DNA from: a virus
Reading direction: 5' to 3' (one strand)
DNA length: 64,000 nucleotides
Virus record (IMG/VR): IMGVR_UViG_3300027976_000028
Coordinates: 2,055 to 66,054 of that record
Shown here: positions 47,457-58,022 of the stretch, piece by piece
Layout of the letters: the number at the start of each line of letters is the position of its first letter
Position numbering within the stretch: position 1 is the first letter of the stretch
Position numbers and translations under genes: made by a program
The notes under the pieces: generated by a model
Database searches by the model: none
What the model saw: the letters and a program-made list of their open reading frames with translations, nothing else
Told to the model about the DNA's origin: nothing

Positions 47457-48014
47457 ATGAAAAAGTTTCTCATACATGGCGCCAATGCGTCCAATATGTC
47501 ATGGAATTGGGTAGGTCACCATCTTGAGAATCACGAACGTATATCGTGGGGTATGACAATTGAGCCAGAAGATAACCTTAAAGCCATGGATAAACTTATT
47601 ACCGAACCATGTGTCGTTGTCGGCCACAGCATGGGAGGCCTCTATGCATGGCATCTTGCTAAAAGAAACCCAGGTTTAGTAACTGCTGCTATTTCTATCG
47701 GGACACCATGGGGTGGCTCTAAGTCAGTTAGTTTCTGGAGATTGTTCAATATGACATCTCCGTGGCTTACTATGTTAAGCAGGACAGAGAAATGGACTAC
47801 GCAACCTCGTCGAATTGCGCCACCGTGCCCATGGACAAATGTTGTTACTACACACGGATTTGACATATGGGGTGTTGATGCCAATGACGGTGTAGTAACA
47901 GTTGAAAGCCAACGCGACCTAAAGAATCCAACGCTTGAAATAGTTTTGCACTATGGACATACTGAGGTGCTGCAAAGCCCTGAGTTGGTAAACATAATTA
48001 AGTCGTCAAAATAA
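47457..48014 (+). CDS. Alpha/beta hydrolase (lipase/esterase-like)
   Basis: LIHGAN, VGHSMGG nucleophile elbow, NDGVV, GHTEVL; AAGGAG SD. Confidence 0.88.
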   Translation: MKKFLIHGANASNMSWNWVGHHLENHERISWGMTIEPEDNLKAMDKLITEPCVVVGHSMGGLYAWHLAKRNPGLVTAAISIGTPWGGSKSVSFWRLFNMTSPWLTMLSRTEKWTTQPRRIAPPCPWTNVVTTHGFDIWGVDANDGVVTVESQRDLKNPTLEIVLHYGHTEVLQSPELVNIIKSSK

Positions 48015-48810
48015 TTTCTCACCGTGCTTTCGTATTAGCTTTTTCATATTTTTTGAATTCTTATCACACGATGAATTCATTAACTCAACATCAATATCTT
48101 CAGCAGTATTAAATCCCCAGACCTCTGCATTGCGTTGAGTATTAAATCTTGCCCGTATTAGCAAGTTATTGACAAGCGAGTTTCCATGCCATTTTGCTGA
48201 TTCTGCTCCGCTAAGAACCTGTAGCATCCCTTCCTCTGCGATGTCTGACCATGGGATTATTGTATCAAATCCATTGTCATCAAACAGTACAATCCATTGT
48301 GTTGACATCAATAATCTCCTGAAGATTCGCCTTTAAGGATACTTATTGCACGTTCGAGATTTGCAAGAGTTGCTGGCACCAGTCGCAGTATAGTGTTGTT
48401 AGTATGTTCATTAAAAATTGATATTTCGCAACTATCTTCTGTTTTGATTAGTAGTAGTTGAAGCCCATTGATATCAAGGAGTGGAAATGCAATATATGCT
48501 TTCATATTACACCTTTGTTTCCGTCCTTAATAAAAATACCTTTTAGTGTTGGATGGCGTAGTCTAAATGCAGTCCCAAGTTCTTCAAGCGTTTTGCCCAT
48601 ACATACAAACTCGCTAGTAACTGCGTCATATACAAAGAGCATGCCGTCATGTTTTTCAATTGTCAATGATATAAATGATCGTTTAATAAAGTCTTTCATT
48701 TTTGAAAGTCTACGTGTTAGATATCTATGTATCATTGTAATGATAACTTTGAACGCAATCCAGAAAATAACCAATGCAAGTAGGAGGTCACCTGTAGACA
48801 TATCAAACAT
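48006..48810 (-). CDS. Three coupled hypothetical ORFs (48006..48311, 48308..48505, 48502..48810)
   Basis: Overlapping stop/start codons. Confidence 0.6.
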
Positions 48811-48811
48811 A

Positions 48812-49090
48812 TTAATCCTTAGTACGAATAGAAATTACGTTTTCAACACGGAAGCTTCTCCAGCCTTCAGCATTGGTACACCACACACTCATCACTTCAG
48901 GCTTAAACAACTTTGTAGAGTGATGCTCATTTAATGCAACTGGGGGCAAGTATGCAGTATCAAGGGTGCAGGGCATTTCGCGGAGTTCTCCATTGACCTT
49001 GACAAATTCGATGATGCAAATTTTATTACCTAATTCATCATTTAGCTTTGCTCGCCGTGCTGTAAGATCTTCATCTGTAAATGTAAACAT
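48812..49090 (-). CDS. SH3-fold/WYL-like small phage protein
   Basis: FVKVNGELREMPCTL..WRSFRVENV. Confidence 0.65.
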   Translation of the reverse strand: MFTFTDEDLTARRAKLNDELGNKICIIEFVKVNGELREMPCTLDTAYLPPVALNEHHSTKLFKPEVMSVWCTNAEGWRSFRVENVISIRTKD

Positions 49091-49091
49091 G

Positions 49092-51951
49092 TTATTCCTT
49101 TAATAATGTTAGAAGTGATTGATATTCTATATATGAATCATTTAGAGTTTGATATTTCTCACGCAATGCCGCTTCGTTACCTGACTTTAATGCAGCATCT
49201 ATTAGAGTTTCGGGCAGCTGACGATTCTTAATAAATTCGCTATTTTTGATAATAAAGTCGCACATCTGCCTCTTTTTAAATCCATCGCTGCTTAAAAAGG
49301 CTTCTGGTGTCCCAAAATAAGAACGCAAATGGGTAGAGTTGATATAATATATAATGCGGTTTGTATTATTACCGTCCCTTGTGTCCTCGATAATTTTTGT
49401 ATGTGTAGTCATGTTAATATTTTGATATTACTTTTGGGCCGTAGCTCTCAAAGTCCAATCCAGCATTGCGGCCTTCATAAACACGGCCGTTCCACGCCAT
49501 CAGAAGTTTAACTGACTTGTTTAGCACCACAGTAAGATTACGCTTGTCATGAAAGTCCATCACTACGCCCTCGATAAACTTCTTACTTGCCACCGCAACT
49601 ACGGTACATGTTTCGCTATAATTTGTTGTCATTTACTTCTTCCAATATAAACTCCCGGGAACTACCATTCCAATGTACGTCACAAGGCATCCCTGGCCCA
49701 TATTGACCACTAACCAATACCTTTATAAGCTCGGGATTTATGCTTACTGCACTGGCAATAAGGTTTGACATTACGAATTCATGCTTACATACGGGCTAAA
49801 TTCATCGCCTGCCCACGTGCTCATCACCAATTGCAATGGGGCAAAATCATATTTCTTTGCAATCCACAAATGCATAACGTCCAATAATGGGGCAGTATCA
49901 TAATGAGTCCCAAGCTGCCATGACTTGGTGGAGTCACGAACATGTACAAGATGTTCAATGTTGAGTTGGCGTGCCGTTTTCATTTTAGTTCCTTTATTTT
50001 ATTAATGACGTTTATTGCATCTAAGTATGCAGTATCTTCTACAATTGCCTCAAAGTTTTCTTCTTGCAAGTCGGTAACTTCCTGTAGATTTTTCATTGCT
50101 CGTTTAATGTGCGCCGGTAATGTATTGGTTAGCTTACTAATGTCTTCATCGGCAGTCATACAAGCTCCTTAAGTCCCATGTATTGCTCATCAACTTCATC
50201 AAGTTTATCATCCCATCCTTCGAACGCTTCATCGCTTTCGACCACGGGAAAGTAAGCAGGATCTTCAAACGTCTGCCAATTAATCTTCTTCATACTTTTC
50301 CTTGTTGTCTATTTTAATCAATGCTGCAAATGTCAAACCAATGATCACGCCAAATAGCAGTCCTACAAAGAATGAATATAATCCAATATATGTCAATGTC
50401 ATACTATTTCCCGTAATGTTATTTCTATACGAACCTTTTCGGCTCGGGCAGTGCTTATACTTCCTATAGCACGAAAAATGTTTGCTTCTTGCTGCAAGGT
50501 ACATTCGTTGTCCTTGAGCAGCTTGATTCCGTTCTCAAGAATTGAAATTATACTGTTGAGATCTGCGTTCATTTTTTATCCTTCTGGTCGTAATTGAGAA
50601 TTCTGGCAGCAGCATATCCAACTGCGGCGCCGCGTACAATTGAACCAAGCAGGCTACCAAATGTATCACGCTCTGCTTCTGGTGCATGATAGTCATTATT
50701 CAACTGGCGCTGTTCTTCAACTACCTGACGATGAATAGCGTACTTTTCTTCAAGAACCATTAATTCGTCGCGGACAGGTCCTTGCACAAAACCAAGTTTC
50801 TGGCGCGCCTGCAAGCGAAACATTTCTTCTAGTTCCAAGTTGGTCATTTTAATCTCAATTACTTACATCAACAATAGCCCGCCACCAATAATCATAAATC
50901 CAATTGGGAGCCGATCCCACATAGACACCAATAGCGATTGCAAGGGTAATAAGTGCAGCAAAGTCTATTGTGTATTCCTACCAGAATTTAGTAACAAAGT
51001 GGACTGCGACGTAGGCGATAGTTCCCCAAAAAGCAAGAACTAACACGAAGACAGCGATAGCAATTTTGATGATTGTAGATAGTTGCATGATTTTTCCTTA
51101 TTGATGCTTAGTTATGCAGAATACGCAAACGATACTTTTATTTTATGATTTTTACAACGCACTTCAGTTGGACATTTGAGTTTTTTTGATAGCCCAAACA
51201 CATAGTCCCTTGCCCATGCTAACGGCAATTGCATCGTACTATAGTCACCATACAAAGCTGGAGTCCAGCGTGAACGCCCATTGAATCCAGGGGACATAGT
51301 TGGCTCACCAACGCCAACCCAAATTTCATATAACGGTATCATTATATATTCCTTTGCTTTGTTTATATTATGCGGCACTCAGCATGTTAGCCGGTACTTT
51401 CCAGTTACCAGTTGGAGTCAGAACAGTAATGAACTTGATTGCGATTTTAGATACGCTGCCTGACATAGTAAGGCCACTGCGGGTCGAAGTGAATTTCACT
51501 TTAGAACCAATGCTAAAGGTCCGCTTGTTTAGTTTGGCCAGCAAACCCCTGCGAAACTGGATAATCTCAGCGAGCTTGTTAAGCTCATCATTGGTGAAAT
51601 TAGCTTGCATGATGCCGTTGCTTACTTCTTGGAGCGTATTCATTTTCAGTTCCTTCTGTTAAAAGTTAATTATACTATAGAAATAATAACCTGTCAATCG
51701 ACTGGTTCTTGGCAATAAAATGGTGTTGTAGGGGCGGCGTAGAAGTTGGAGCTAAACCCCAGATCGATATATACAGCTTTGCGAACGAAGTCGCTGTCAG
51801 CCTCTCCAAAGTCATTGGGGAACCGTTGCGCAAGGGATACAAGTTCCCTGTGAACCTCGGGCCAATTCATGTGAAGGATGCGAGCTTGGCGGACAATTGC
51901 ATGAACTGCATCGTTGCCAAATTCTGAGGACATTGAATAATTTGGTGTCAT
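49092..51951 (-). CDS. Array of small co-oriented hypothetical early genes (e.g. 49092..49412, 49414..49632, 49771..49983, 49980..50159, 50280..50504, 50569..50847, 51112..51378, 51368..51643, 51694..51951)
   Basis: Short ORFs with SD motifs and coupled stops/starts; no recognisable function. Confidence 0.55.
51669..51697 (-). promoter_or_regulatory. Sigma70 consensus promoter
   Basis: TTGACA-N17-TATAAT. Confidence 0.85.
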
Positions 51952-51980
51952 TTCGATCTCCGTTTGCTGTTTAAGTATTA

Positions 51981-52009
51981 ATTATAACGCAGATTGGAAC
52001 AACTGTCAA
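51981..52009 (-). promoter_or_regulatory. Sigma70 consensus promoter
   Basis: TTGACA-N17-TATAAT followed by TAATACTTAAACAGCAAA. Confidence 0.85.
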
Positions 52010-52011
52010 TG

Positions 52012-52422
52012 TTAAGTGTTGTATTTTTGCAACACTTCCAAACACTGTTCCTTTGAGCGTTTGGTTACAACAACCTTGCCGCCAAAAAATCCAATCCAAA
52101 GATTACGATGCAATACGAATTTCACTTCGCCATCTGCCCCTTTGTGCTTTTCACGAATTGCAACTTTCAACTCCATTGCTTTAGGAGGCTTAACTGCTTT
52201 CTTAGCAACCGGCTTGATACCCAATGGAGTAACGCCTGGCAATGCAGCAACTTGTGGAGTCACTTTGATTTTGGGCTTTATTGATTCAAGTGCAACAAAG
52301 CCGTGAGCCTTGTCATACTTTGCAATTTCTGCGGGATTCTTGCCCCAAGTAGCAAGCAGACGCTTAACTTCAGTTCCAGGCAGTTGGTGCCAATTAATAG
52401 TGGAGTCGGTCCAGTTTTTCAT
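52012..52422 (-). CDS. Basic hypothetical early protein
   Basis: 136 aa, Lys-rich; AGGA SD; own promoter. Confidence 0.7.
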   Translation of the reverse strand: MKNWTDSTINWHQLPGTEVKRLLATWGKNPAEIAKYDKAHGFVALESIKPKIKVTPQVAALPGVTPLGIKPVAKKAVKPPKAMELKVAIREKHKGADGEVKFVLHRNLWIGFFGGKVVVTKRSKEQCLEVLQKYNT

Positions 52423-52451
52423 ACTAAATCCTATTTGCTGTTTAAGTATTA

Positions 52452-52480
52452 ATTATACTGCAAATAGGACCATATGTCAA
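52452..52480 (-). promoter_or_regulatory. Sigma70 consensus promoter
   Basis: TTGACA-N17-TATAAT followed by TAATACTTAAACAGCAAA. Confidence 0.85.
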
Positions 52481-52528
52481 CTGTTTTTGTTGTATTTTTA
52501 CAACACTAATAATTGGCGGTTTTTACCA

Positions 52529-52768
52529 TTACAAGGGCACAGCGGTCGTAGCACTTTTATCTGTAAATTCCCGCTTCATGTAATAAGGCAATAGCTTTCG
52601 CTGTATGGAATACATAAGATCAACACTATCGTCATCAATAACCCATCGGTACGGGCAGTTTTTCCAACTGTGTGTCTTTAAGAACTTATAGTAAAGCTTG
52701 CGGTGCTCTGCATTCAGCGGGTCAAATATAGTGTACGGCCGCAACCCTTTAACAAATGTTTTTAGCAT
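52529..52768 (-). CDS. Hypothetical protein
   Basis: Start reassigned downstream of promoter TTGACA-N17-TACAAT (52797-52825). Confidence 0.6.
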   Translation of the reverse strand: MLKTFVKGLRPYTIFDPLNAEHRKLYYKFLKTHSWKNCPYRWVIDDDSVDLMYSIQRKLLPYYMKREFTDKSATTAVPL

Positions 52769-52828
52769 TGTATCTTTCAATAGTGAACATAGATATATTG
52801 TAGCATATGATACGCCAGGTGTCAAGTG

Positions 52829-53014
52829 TCAACTGGCCGGTTTAACAAGATGAAATGTGTACCCAACAAATCGCCCTCGTTTTATTATTTGATTTGGATA
52901 CTTTGTTGCAAGATGGTATATATTTCGTTGCTTAAATCCAGTAGCAATTTCATATTCGCCTACGGTAATGTAAGTGGTAATTTTTCCATTAGGGGATGTT
53001 ACTATTAGTTTCAT
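52829..53014 (-). CDS. Small NUMOD1/HTH-like protein
   Basis: 61-aa ORF directly downstream of the HNH gene. Confidence 0.35.
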   Translation of the reverse strand: MKLIVTSPNGKITTYITVGEYEIATGFKQRNIYHLATKYPNQIIKRGRFVGYTFHLVKPAS

Positions 53015-53026
53015 GCTGCGTGTGGG

Positions 53027-53584
53027 TTATGTAACCAATCTACTATGTTTCGGAACGCGAATCATCAAAAAGTCCATTTGATCAGACAAAATATTTCTAT
53101 TCTGCAGGATCATATTTTCAGCATGTGAAGGAGCATAAGGGAGGTACAGAAGTTCCATCTTTGCTTCTTTTAGCGTTAAATCCGATTTGCGTGAGTTGCA
53201 AGAGCGGCATGCTGTAACACAATTTTCAAATGAGTTCTCACCACCCTTACTTGTTGGCACAATATGGTCCCGGCTAAGTTGAGTGTGATTTGCATGGTGA
53301 TCGCCACAGTACGCACAGATATTACGGTCCCGTCCAAACAATGTCCTATTTGTAAGGATAACAGTAGAATGCTTGTACGGATTGAACCCGTGACCTTTAA
53401 TTGCAATAATGCTTGGCGATTCAAGGTAGCTCATCGTGCCATCCATTTGGATTCCACCGCGGTAGCGAGCGACAATACCTCCAAGACTCCATGCCACTGC
53501 TTTGCGGGCGTGATAGGAAATTGCATCATCGTGCGAAATCCATTGTCTTGGCGTACCAGTAATGTCTAGTGCTAAAATTGTCAT
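53027..53584 (-). CDS. HNH endonuclease
   Basis: RDRNICAYCG..SRDHIVPTSKGGENSFENCVTACRSCNSRK. Confidence 0.92.
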   Translation of the reverse strand: MTILALDITGTPRQWISHDDAISYHARKAVAWSLGGIVARYRGGIQMDGTMSYLESPSIIAIKGHGFNPYKHSTVILTNRTLFGRDRNICAYCGDHHANHTQLSRDHIVPTSKGGENSFENCVTACRSCNSRKSDLTLKEAKMELLYLPYAPSHAENMILQNRNILSDQMDFLMIRVPKHSRLVT

Positions 53585-53607
53585 TTAATTCTTCCCATTT
53601 ATATTCT

Positions 53608-53865
53608 CTATGTACTTAGCTTCTTTAACATTAGTATCTCTGCTGCTTCTTGGATTCTTTCTTTTTCTGCGTCAACAAATAGCGGGAGGACAGCATTTAC
53701 AAGTGCGATGACATATTCTTTTCCTTTGTCTCGGAGGTCACTGTATTCAGATGAAGACGCTACGTAGCAATAAGTGCTATCCTTAAGCATTTCTTTAATA
53801 CCACCAATTAATATCTTTGCAGCCATATCTTCTTTTGACATACCATTCCTTATCGAATAAACCAT
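53608..53865 (-). CDS. Hypothetical protein
   Basis: 85-aa ORF; exact start uncertain. Confidence 0.5.
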   Translation of the reverse strand: MVYSIRNGMSKEDMAAKILIGGIKEMLKDSTYCYVASSSEYSDLRDKGKEYVIALVNAVLPLFVDAEKERIQEAAEILMLKKLST

Positions 53866-54437
53866 TCTGCTATTGCCTGGCCGCCACCAGTAGTTCCTTC
53901 TAAATCTCTTAACTTAATCCACGATCTACCTACTACAGTGTCATCCCTAACAATCGCTCTCCCAAGTAAAATTACAATGCCCCATTCATTGCGAGCCCAC
54001 CGTGGTTTATACGGTGGTGCATTATCATCGAACTCGTTGGTTAGTATCTTTCTTGTCAATTGATTTCCATCGCGATCTACTTCATAATATACTGCATCTT
54101 TAGGAACTATAAGGCCCGGTGGTATTTGATCAGTAGAATACCAGTGTCTAAATCCAGACACAATCCATTCGACCATAGTATGCGGTTCCCAGTATAACTG
54201 TCCAATATGGCCGCGTTTATACTTGCCGTGCCATTCATCTGCTGCCATATTTCCTATTAATGTAACAAGCGTGTGGTCAGTTGCAACAACCCCTATAATA
54301 TTGTCCTGTTCAACAAATTGCGCCCAGTTTGTTATAGGGATAATCTTATCACCACGAAGGATTACACTTAATCCAAATCGATCTTCCTTGTTGGGATTTC
54401 CATCCTCCCATTCGTACATCTCTGCATATCCTGACAT
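53850..54437 (-). CDS. Stand-alone peptidase G2 (intramolecular chaperone auto-cleavage)-like domain
   Basis: YAEMYEWEDGNP..IIGVV..WHGKY..YKPRWARNEWGIVILLG...VRDD. Confidence 0.7.
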   Translation of the reverse strand: MSGYAEMYEWEDGNPNKEDRFGLSVILRGDKIIPITNWAQFVEQDNIIGVVATDHTLVTLIGNMAADEWHGKYKRGHIGQLYWEPHTMVEWIVSGFRHWYSTDQIPPGLIVPKDAVYYEVDRDGNQLTRKILTNEFDDNAPPYKPRWARNEWGIVILLGRAIVRDDTVVGRSWIKLRDLEGTTGGGQAIAEWFIR

Positions 54438-54464
54438 AGTTATTCCTTAATTATATATTGATAC

Positions 54465-54493
54465 ATTATACTACATAAAGACGCAATTGTCAA
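54465..54493 (-). promoter_or_regulatory. Sigma70 consensus promoter
   Basis: TTGACA-N17-TATAAT. Confidence 0.8.
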
Positions 54494-54495
54494 TA

Positions 54496-55230
54496 TTACA
54501 TTACAATTTTCACTCTTGTTAGACGGGTTTCGGCTGGACCTTGCATATTGATTCCGTCATACTCAACATTGTGTAGACCGTGCAGAGTATGTCCATGGGC
54601 CTTGACTACGCCAACAATTGGATACTCTTCGGGCATGTCTGGCCACATATCAACAAGTTGCGAGCTGGTCCAAAAATACAGATTAGCACCATCTGTTGCT
54701 CGGACTACTGAGCCAGTAAACACCTTGCCTGCAAACTTTGCAATTGTTTTAACATTAATGCGAATGTGCTGCCCTACTACTCCTTGATGCATACTTGTAG
54801 TATATAAGCCTTGTGTCAATTCCTGTCGGACCTCCTTGATAAGTTCGCGATGGTAACGAGAGCCCATACATGCCATATACACCATTCCCTGGTCATCAAC
54901 TTCGGCGGCTGTTATAAAGTTCAAAATCTTTTGGTCAAACTCCTTAATAGTGCCAGCAAGTGCATCGAATGCAATGTATTGAAAGTGGTCAGCCATTGCT
55001 GCACCTACTTCGTAATCCTTGTTAGTAAGCGTTCGTAACCCCATTGTAATTGCATCAGTAATAATTGCTCGGTTTGCACGGTTCATAGGCTGTCCAGTGT
55101 CTTGACTCATTTCCGGAAACTTAATATACACCCCTTCATTTATGCGGTCAGCATGCGCTACCAATGCCCAGGCGGCAGCAATAGGTAGTTTGTTTTCCTT
55201 CAGGTACGCTTTTCTTTCGTCTGGGGTCAT
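54496..55230 (-). CDS. Hypothetical protein, possible C-terminal OB-like fold
   Basis: 244-aa ORF; promoter TTGACA-N17-TACAAT at 55257-55285. Confidence 0.7.
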   Translation of the reverse strand: MTPDERKAYLKENKLPIAAAWALVAHADRINEGVYIKFPEMSQDTGQPMNRANRAIITDAITMGLRTLTNKDYEVGAAMADHFQYIAFDALAGTIKEFDQKILNFITAAEVDDQGMVYMACMGSRYHRELIKEVRQELTQGLYTTSMHQGVVGQHIRINVKTIAKFAGKVFTGSVVRATDGANLYFWTSSQLVDMWPDMPEEYPIVGVVKAHGHTLHGLHNVEYDGINMQGPAETRLTRVKIVM

Positions 55231-55322
55231 ATCATTTTCTATTCATGTGATAGTTTATTGTAGCATCATACGAGCCACTTGTCAAGCTTCGGCTGTTGTA
55301 TCTTTACAACATAAATAACTGT

Positions 55323-55997
55323 ATGAATATCCTGCCGCAAATATTACCAGAACTGGGCCTACAGCAACGAATGGACCTCATTGCTTGCTTCTTAAATAAT
55401 AAAGAGTTTCAATCGTATCCTGGACGAAGTTTCGGATTAGATACTGGTCCTGCTATGGAAATCGTCAAGCCCATAATTGACAGTGTTCTTGGAGAAGGAA
55501 CATGGAAACAGAATGGCGGCAACTTTTTCGAGACGAGTGTTGGTTATCGCATTCATGCTGATACTGGCAAAGATGGCCCAGACAATGTGTTGCAGACCTT
55601 TGTATTTCCTCTGAGCCTTACGCCAAACACCATTGGAATTACAAAGCCAGAAAATGTGCGATTACTAATTCTAAATCAAACATGGGACGGCGATGCAGCA
55701 TTTTTCGTGCGTGGCACACCAAATGTGCAAAGTGAATACAATATAGTAGTTGGCAACTATAGGGATGTAGGGAATAAAGACGATGGCGAGACTATCGACG
55801 GCCTGCTAATTGATCACTGTCCTCATTTGAATCCAAGTAACTTTGTGGGACTAAGCGTTGATAAAAATTTTCAATGGATACCAGGCATCCCTATTACCTT
55901 CCCTCGCAATAGGTTGCATGTAAGTTCAGCATTTACGCGGCAAGGGTATGAGAAGAAACTAGGCCTTAGTATTTTTACTTCTGGCCAGGGTCAGTAA
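55323..55997 (+). CDS. 2OG-Fe(II) oxygenase-like protein
   Basis: YRIHADTG HxD and RNRLHVS distal His; leaderless start 5 nt after TAAATA. Confidence 0.65.
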   Translation: MNILPQILPELGLQQRMDLIACFLNNKEFQSYPGRSFGLDTGPAMEIVKPIIDSVLGEGTWKQNGGNFFETSVGYRIHADTGKDGPDNVLQTFVFPLSLTPNTIGITKPENVRLLILNQTWDGDAAFFVRGTPNVQSEYNIVVGNYRDVGNKDDGETIDGLLIDHCPHLNPSNFVGLSVDKNFQWIPGIPITFPRNRLHVSSAFTRQGYEKKLGLSIFTSGQGQ

Positions 55998-56604
55998 AGA
56001 CAAGCGCCCCAAGCGCCCAGGCACGTTCTTTACAGTTATAACACTCGCTGCAACGTCCAACAGTTAGTGCAGTACACGAATGTGTTAATTCAATTAACGG
56101 CCAAACATTAAATGTCTTGTATAAGCTAAGTGTGTGCCGTTTGTCAACTAATGCAAATGGGCATGTTGTTCCTGGAAAATAAACAACAGATGGACGCTGC
56201 GGGTATTCGCCGGGCATAGGTACAGGTGGATGTGCTTGACTACCATAAAATACATGTTGCATATTATGCAAAGTTATTGCGTCTTGGTGCCCGCTGCGGC
56301 TTTGCTGACTGTGATGTAATGTTGGATCGCCCACTTTAATCGGCCGCGGTAAATTTATATCAAGTTTTGTATTAATCCAATCAACTATTGGGCTAACGTA
56401 ATCCCACGCGCCATCGGCTCTTGCAACTGTGAAGGGAGTGATAGTCTGAGTACTGTTAGACATCTTATGCTCAAGAGCAATGAGGTATAACAGTATTGCA
56501 GAGTCTGCGCCGCCACTTAACATTACTCCAATTCGTTCGACATTCTCTGGCAAAGTTATATCGATTTGTTTTATGTAATCGTCCTTGCCAACGGTAATTC
56601 TCAT
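55975..56604 (-). CDS. QueC-like PP-loop ATPase
   Basis: VMLSGGADSAILL PP-loop; THSC..RCSECYNCKER zinc motif. Confidence 0.75.
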   Translation of the reverse strand: MRITVGKDDYIKQIDITLPENVERIGVMLSGGADSAILLYLIALEHKMSNSTQTITPFTVARADGAWDYVSPIVDWINTKLDINLPRPIKVGDPTLHHSQQSRSGHQDAITLHNMQHVFYGSQAHPPVPMPGEYPQRPSVVYFPGTTCPFALVDKRHTLSLYKTFNVWPLIELTHSCTALTVGRCSECYNCKERAWALGALVFTDPGQK

Positions 56605-56605
56605 A

Positions 56606-57367
56606 TTAGTGCCTATGTTGTAAATGCTTCAATACTTTATCTACATTTGCCACAGTAAACGGTACATTTAAAATCAAATGCCAAGAGTCGTTTACCCACG
56701 ACATAGTGCGGTGTGTCATACGGGTGTTGACGTAATATACTCGTCCAAGTTCGATGTTTAATTTTTGATCTGCGCCCAACAGCCAATCGTACTCCATGGG
56801 TCCGCAGTTCTTAAGAAATGCCACCAACCTAAAGCAAGGCCTTGGCATACCAGGATGGTCGCGGTGCGGGACAAAATAGCCACCGATGCTACTGTTAATA
56901 ATGAATGATCTTCCTAACGGAGTAAACTCGTCAAGGAATCCTTTAAGGCTTATTAATCCACCTGGTGGCGGAATATCGCAATCAAGATATAATTGTGTCG
57001 GATTGCAAAATTCTTTCTCATCAGGGATACGACCAAGTTTGTTTGCTGCCTCGGGGATGCTTGGGGCAATAGTATGATCCCATCCTTCGATGGTAGTAAG
57101 TGTCATAGACTTACGATTATTTGGACGGTCTGAGCGCGGTAAATAATCAACCCAATCGTTTGAATACTTTTGATTAATGACCCCTTCTAACCCTAGTACG
57201 TCTATTTTCCAGTCAAGTGGTTCAAAATTGCCAATTTGACTCAATGCCATTTCACATTCCAACACTCCAGGCATAGTATGGCATCGTTCAATGTTTATAC
57301 CAACTCTGCTGCCGCTTACACCGGCACCTTGCACTGCATTTGGATTTGATTTATTAAATAGTGTCAT
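56606..57367 (-). CDS. 2OG-Fe(II) oxygenase (Asp/Asn beta-hydroxylase-like)
   Basis: YFVPHRDH; VNTRMTHRTMS; HLILNV. Confidence 0.7.
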   Translation of the reverse strand: MTLFNKSNPNAVQGAGVSGSRVGINIERCHTMPGVLECEMALSQIGNFEPLDWKIDVLGLEGVINQKYSNDWVDYLPRSDRPNNRKSMTLTTIEGWDHTIAPSIPEAANKLGRIPDEKEFCNPTQLYLDCDIPPPGGLISLKGFLDEFTPLGRSFIINSSIGGYFVPHRDHPGMPRPCFRLVAFLKNCGPMEYDWLLGADQKLNIELGRVYYVNTRMTHRTMSWVNDSWHLILNVPFTVANVDKVLKHLQHRH

Positions 57368-57473
57368 ATTAGATTTTCTAATTCTTCTTTGATTACTTTC
57401 AATGATCAGATTGCGCCATTTTGATGTATGGTTGCTATTGTGCTAAAATATTTCTCTAATCTACTAACATTAT

Positions 57474-58022
57474 TTATACCGTAATTATAAACAATTTAAA
57501 TCGTTCTTGTAATTCCGGGTATGTTAACCGTTCTGCAGTAGTAGCATCATTAAGAGCAATACTCAAACAATACCTATCTTTGTCGGCATTCTCAACAGTA
57601 TGTAAACAACCTACATTTACAATATTAAAATGGTGTAGCTCTTGTCTTTCAGCTTCTATTGCATCCTTATCGGGTATTCTAAGATATTTAGTATTAGCCA
57701 TGCTAATTCCCGATGTAATGTTGTTAACGTTATTTGGTCTGTACCATATCATATTACTTCCTTGGCCGCCGGCAATGTAGTTAAGTTTTGCCTTGTCATT
57801 GAGTTCGTGACCGTCGACGTGAATTTGATGTTTAGCAAAAGGTTTTAGATAAAACATTTCAAGCCATTGGATTTGAATATTAAACTCCTTTAAAAGGGTA
57901 GCATGTGCAGCATCATCAATGATGCTATTGGGAACGCGGGCCTGGACAATTGACGTTTTGTACTGCTCAAAGTCAATATCTATGTTGATATCCAAATTAA
58001 GTTTGCTGTAGTAGTTGTTCAT
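57474..58022 (-). CDS. 2OG-Fe(II) oxygenase-like protein
   Basis: HQIHVDG; NVGCLHTVEN; RYCLSI. Confidence 0.65.
   Translation of the reverse strand: MNNYYSKLNLDINIDIDFEQYKTSIVQARVPNSIIDDAAHATLLKEFNIQIQWLEMFYLKPFAKHQIHVDGHELNDKAKLNYIAGGQGSNMIWYRPNNVNNITSGISMANTKYLRIPDKDAIEAERQELHHFNIVNVGCLHTVENADKDRYCLSIALNDATTAERLTYPELQERFKLFIITV

Noticed and set aside
22578-53584. Group I introns hosting the HNH/GIY-YIG genes
   Set aside because: Flanking genes are complete and the endonucleases are free-standing with their own promoters; no intron core was recognised
57370-57470. Short minus-strand frame with two TAG codons after a TATAAATA
   Set aside because: No coherent ORF in any frame; treated as intergenic
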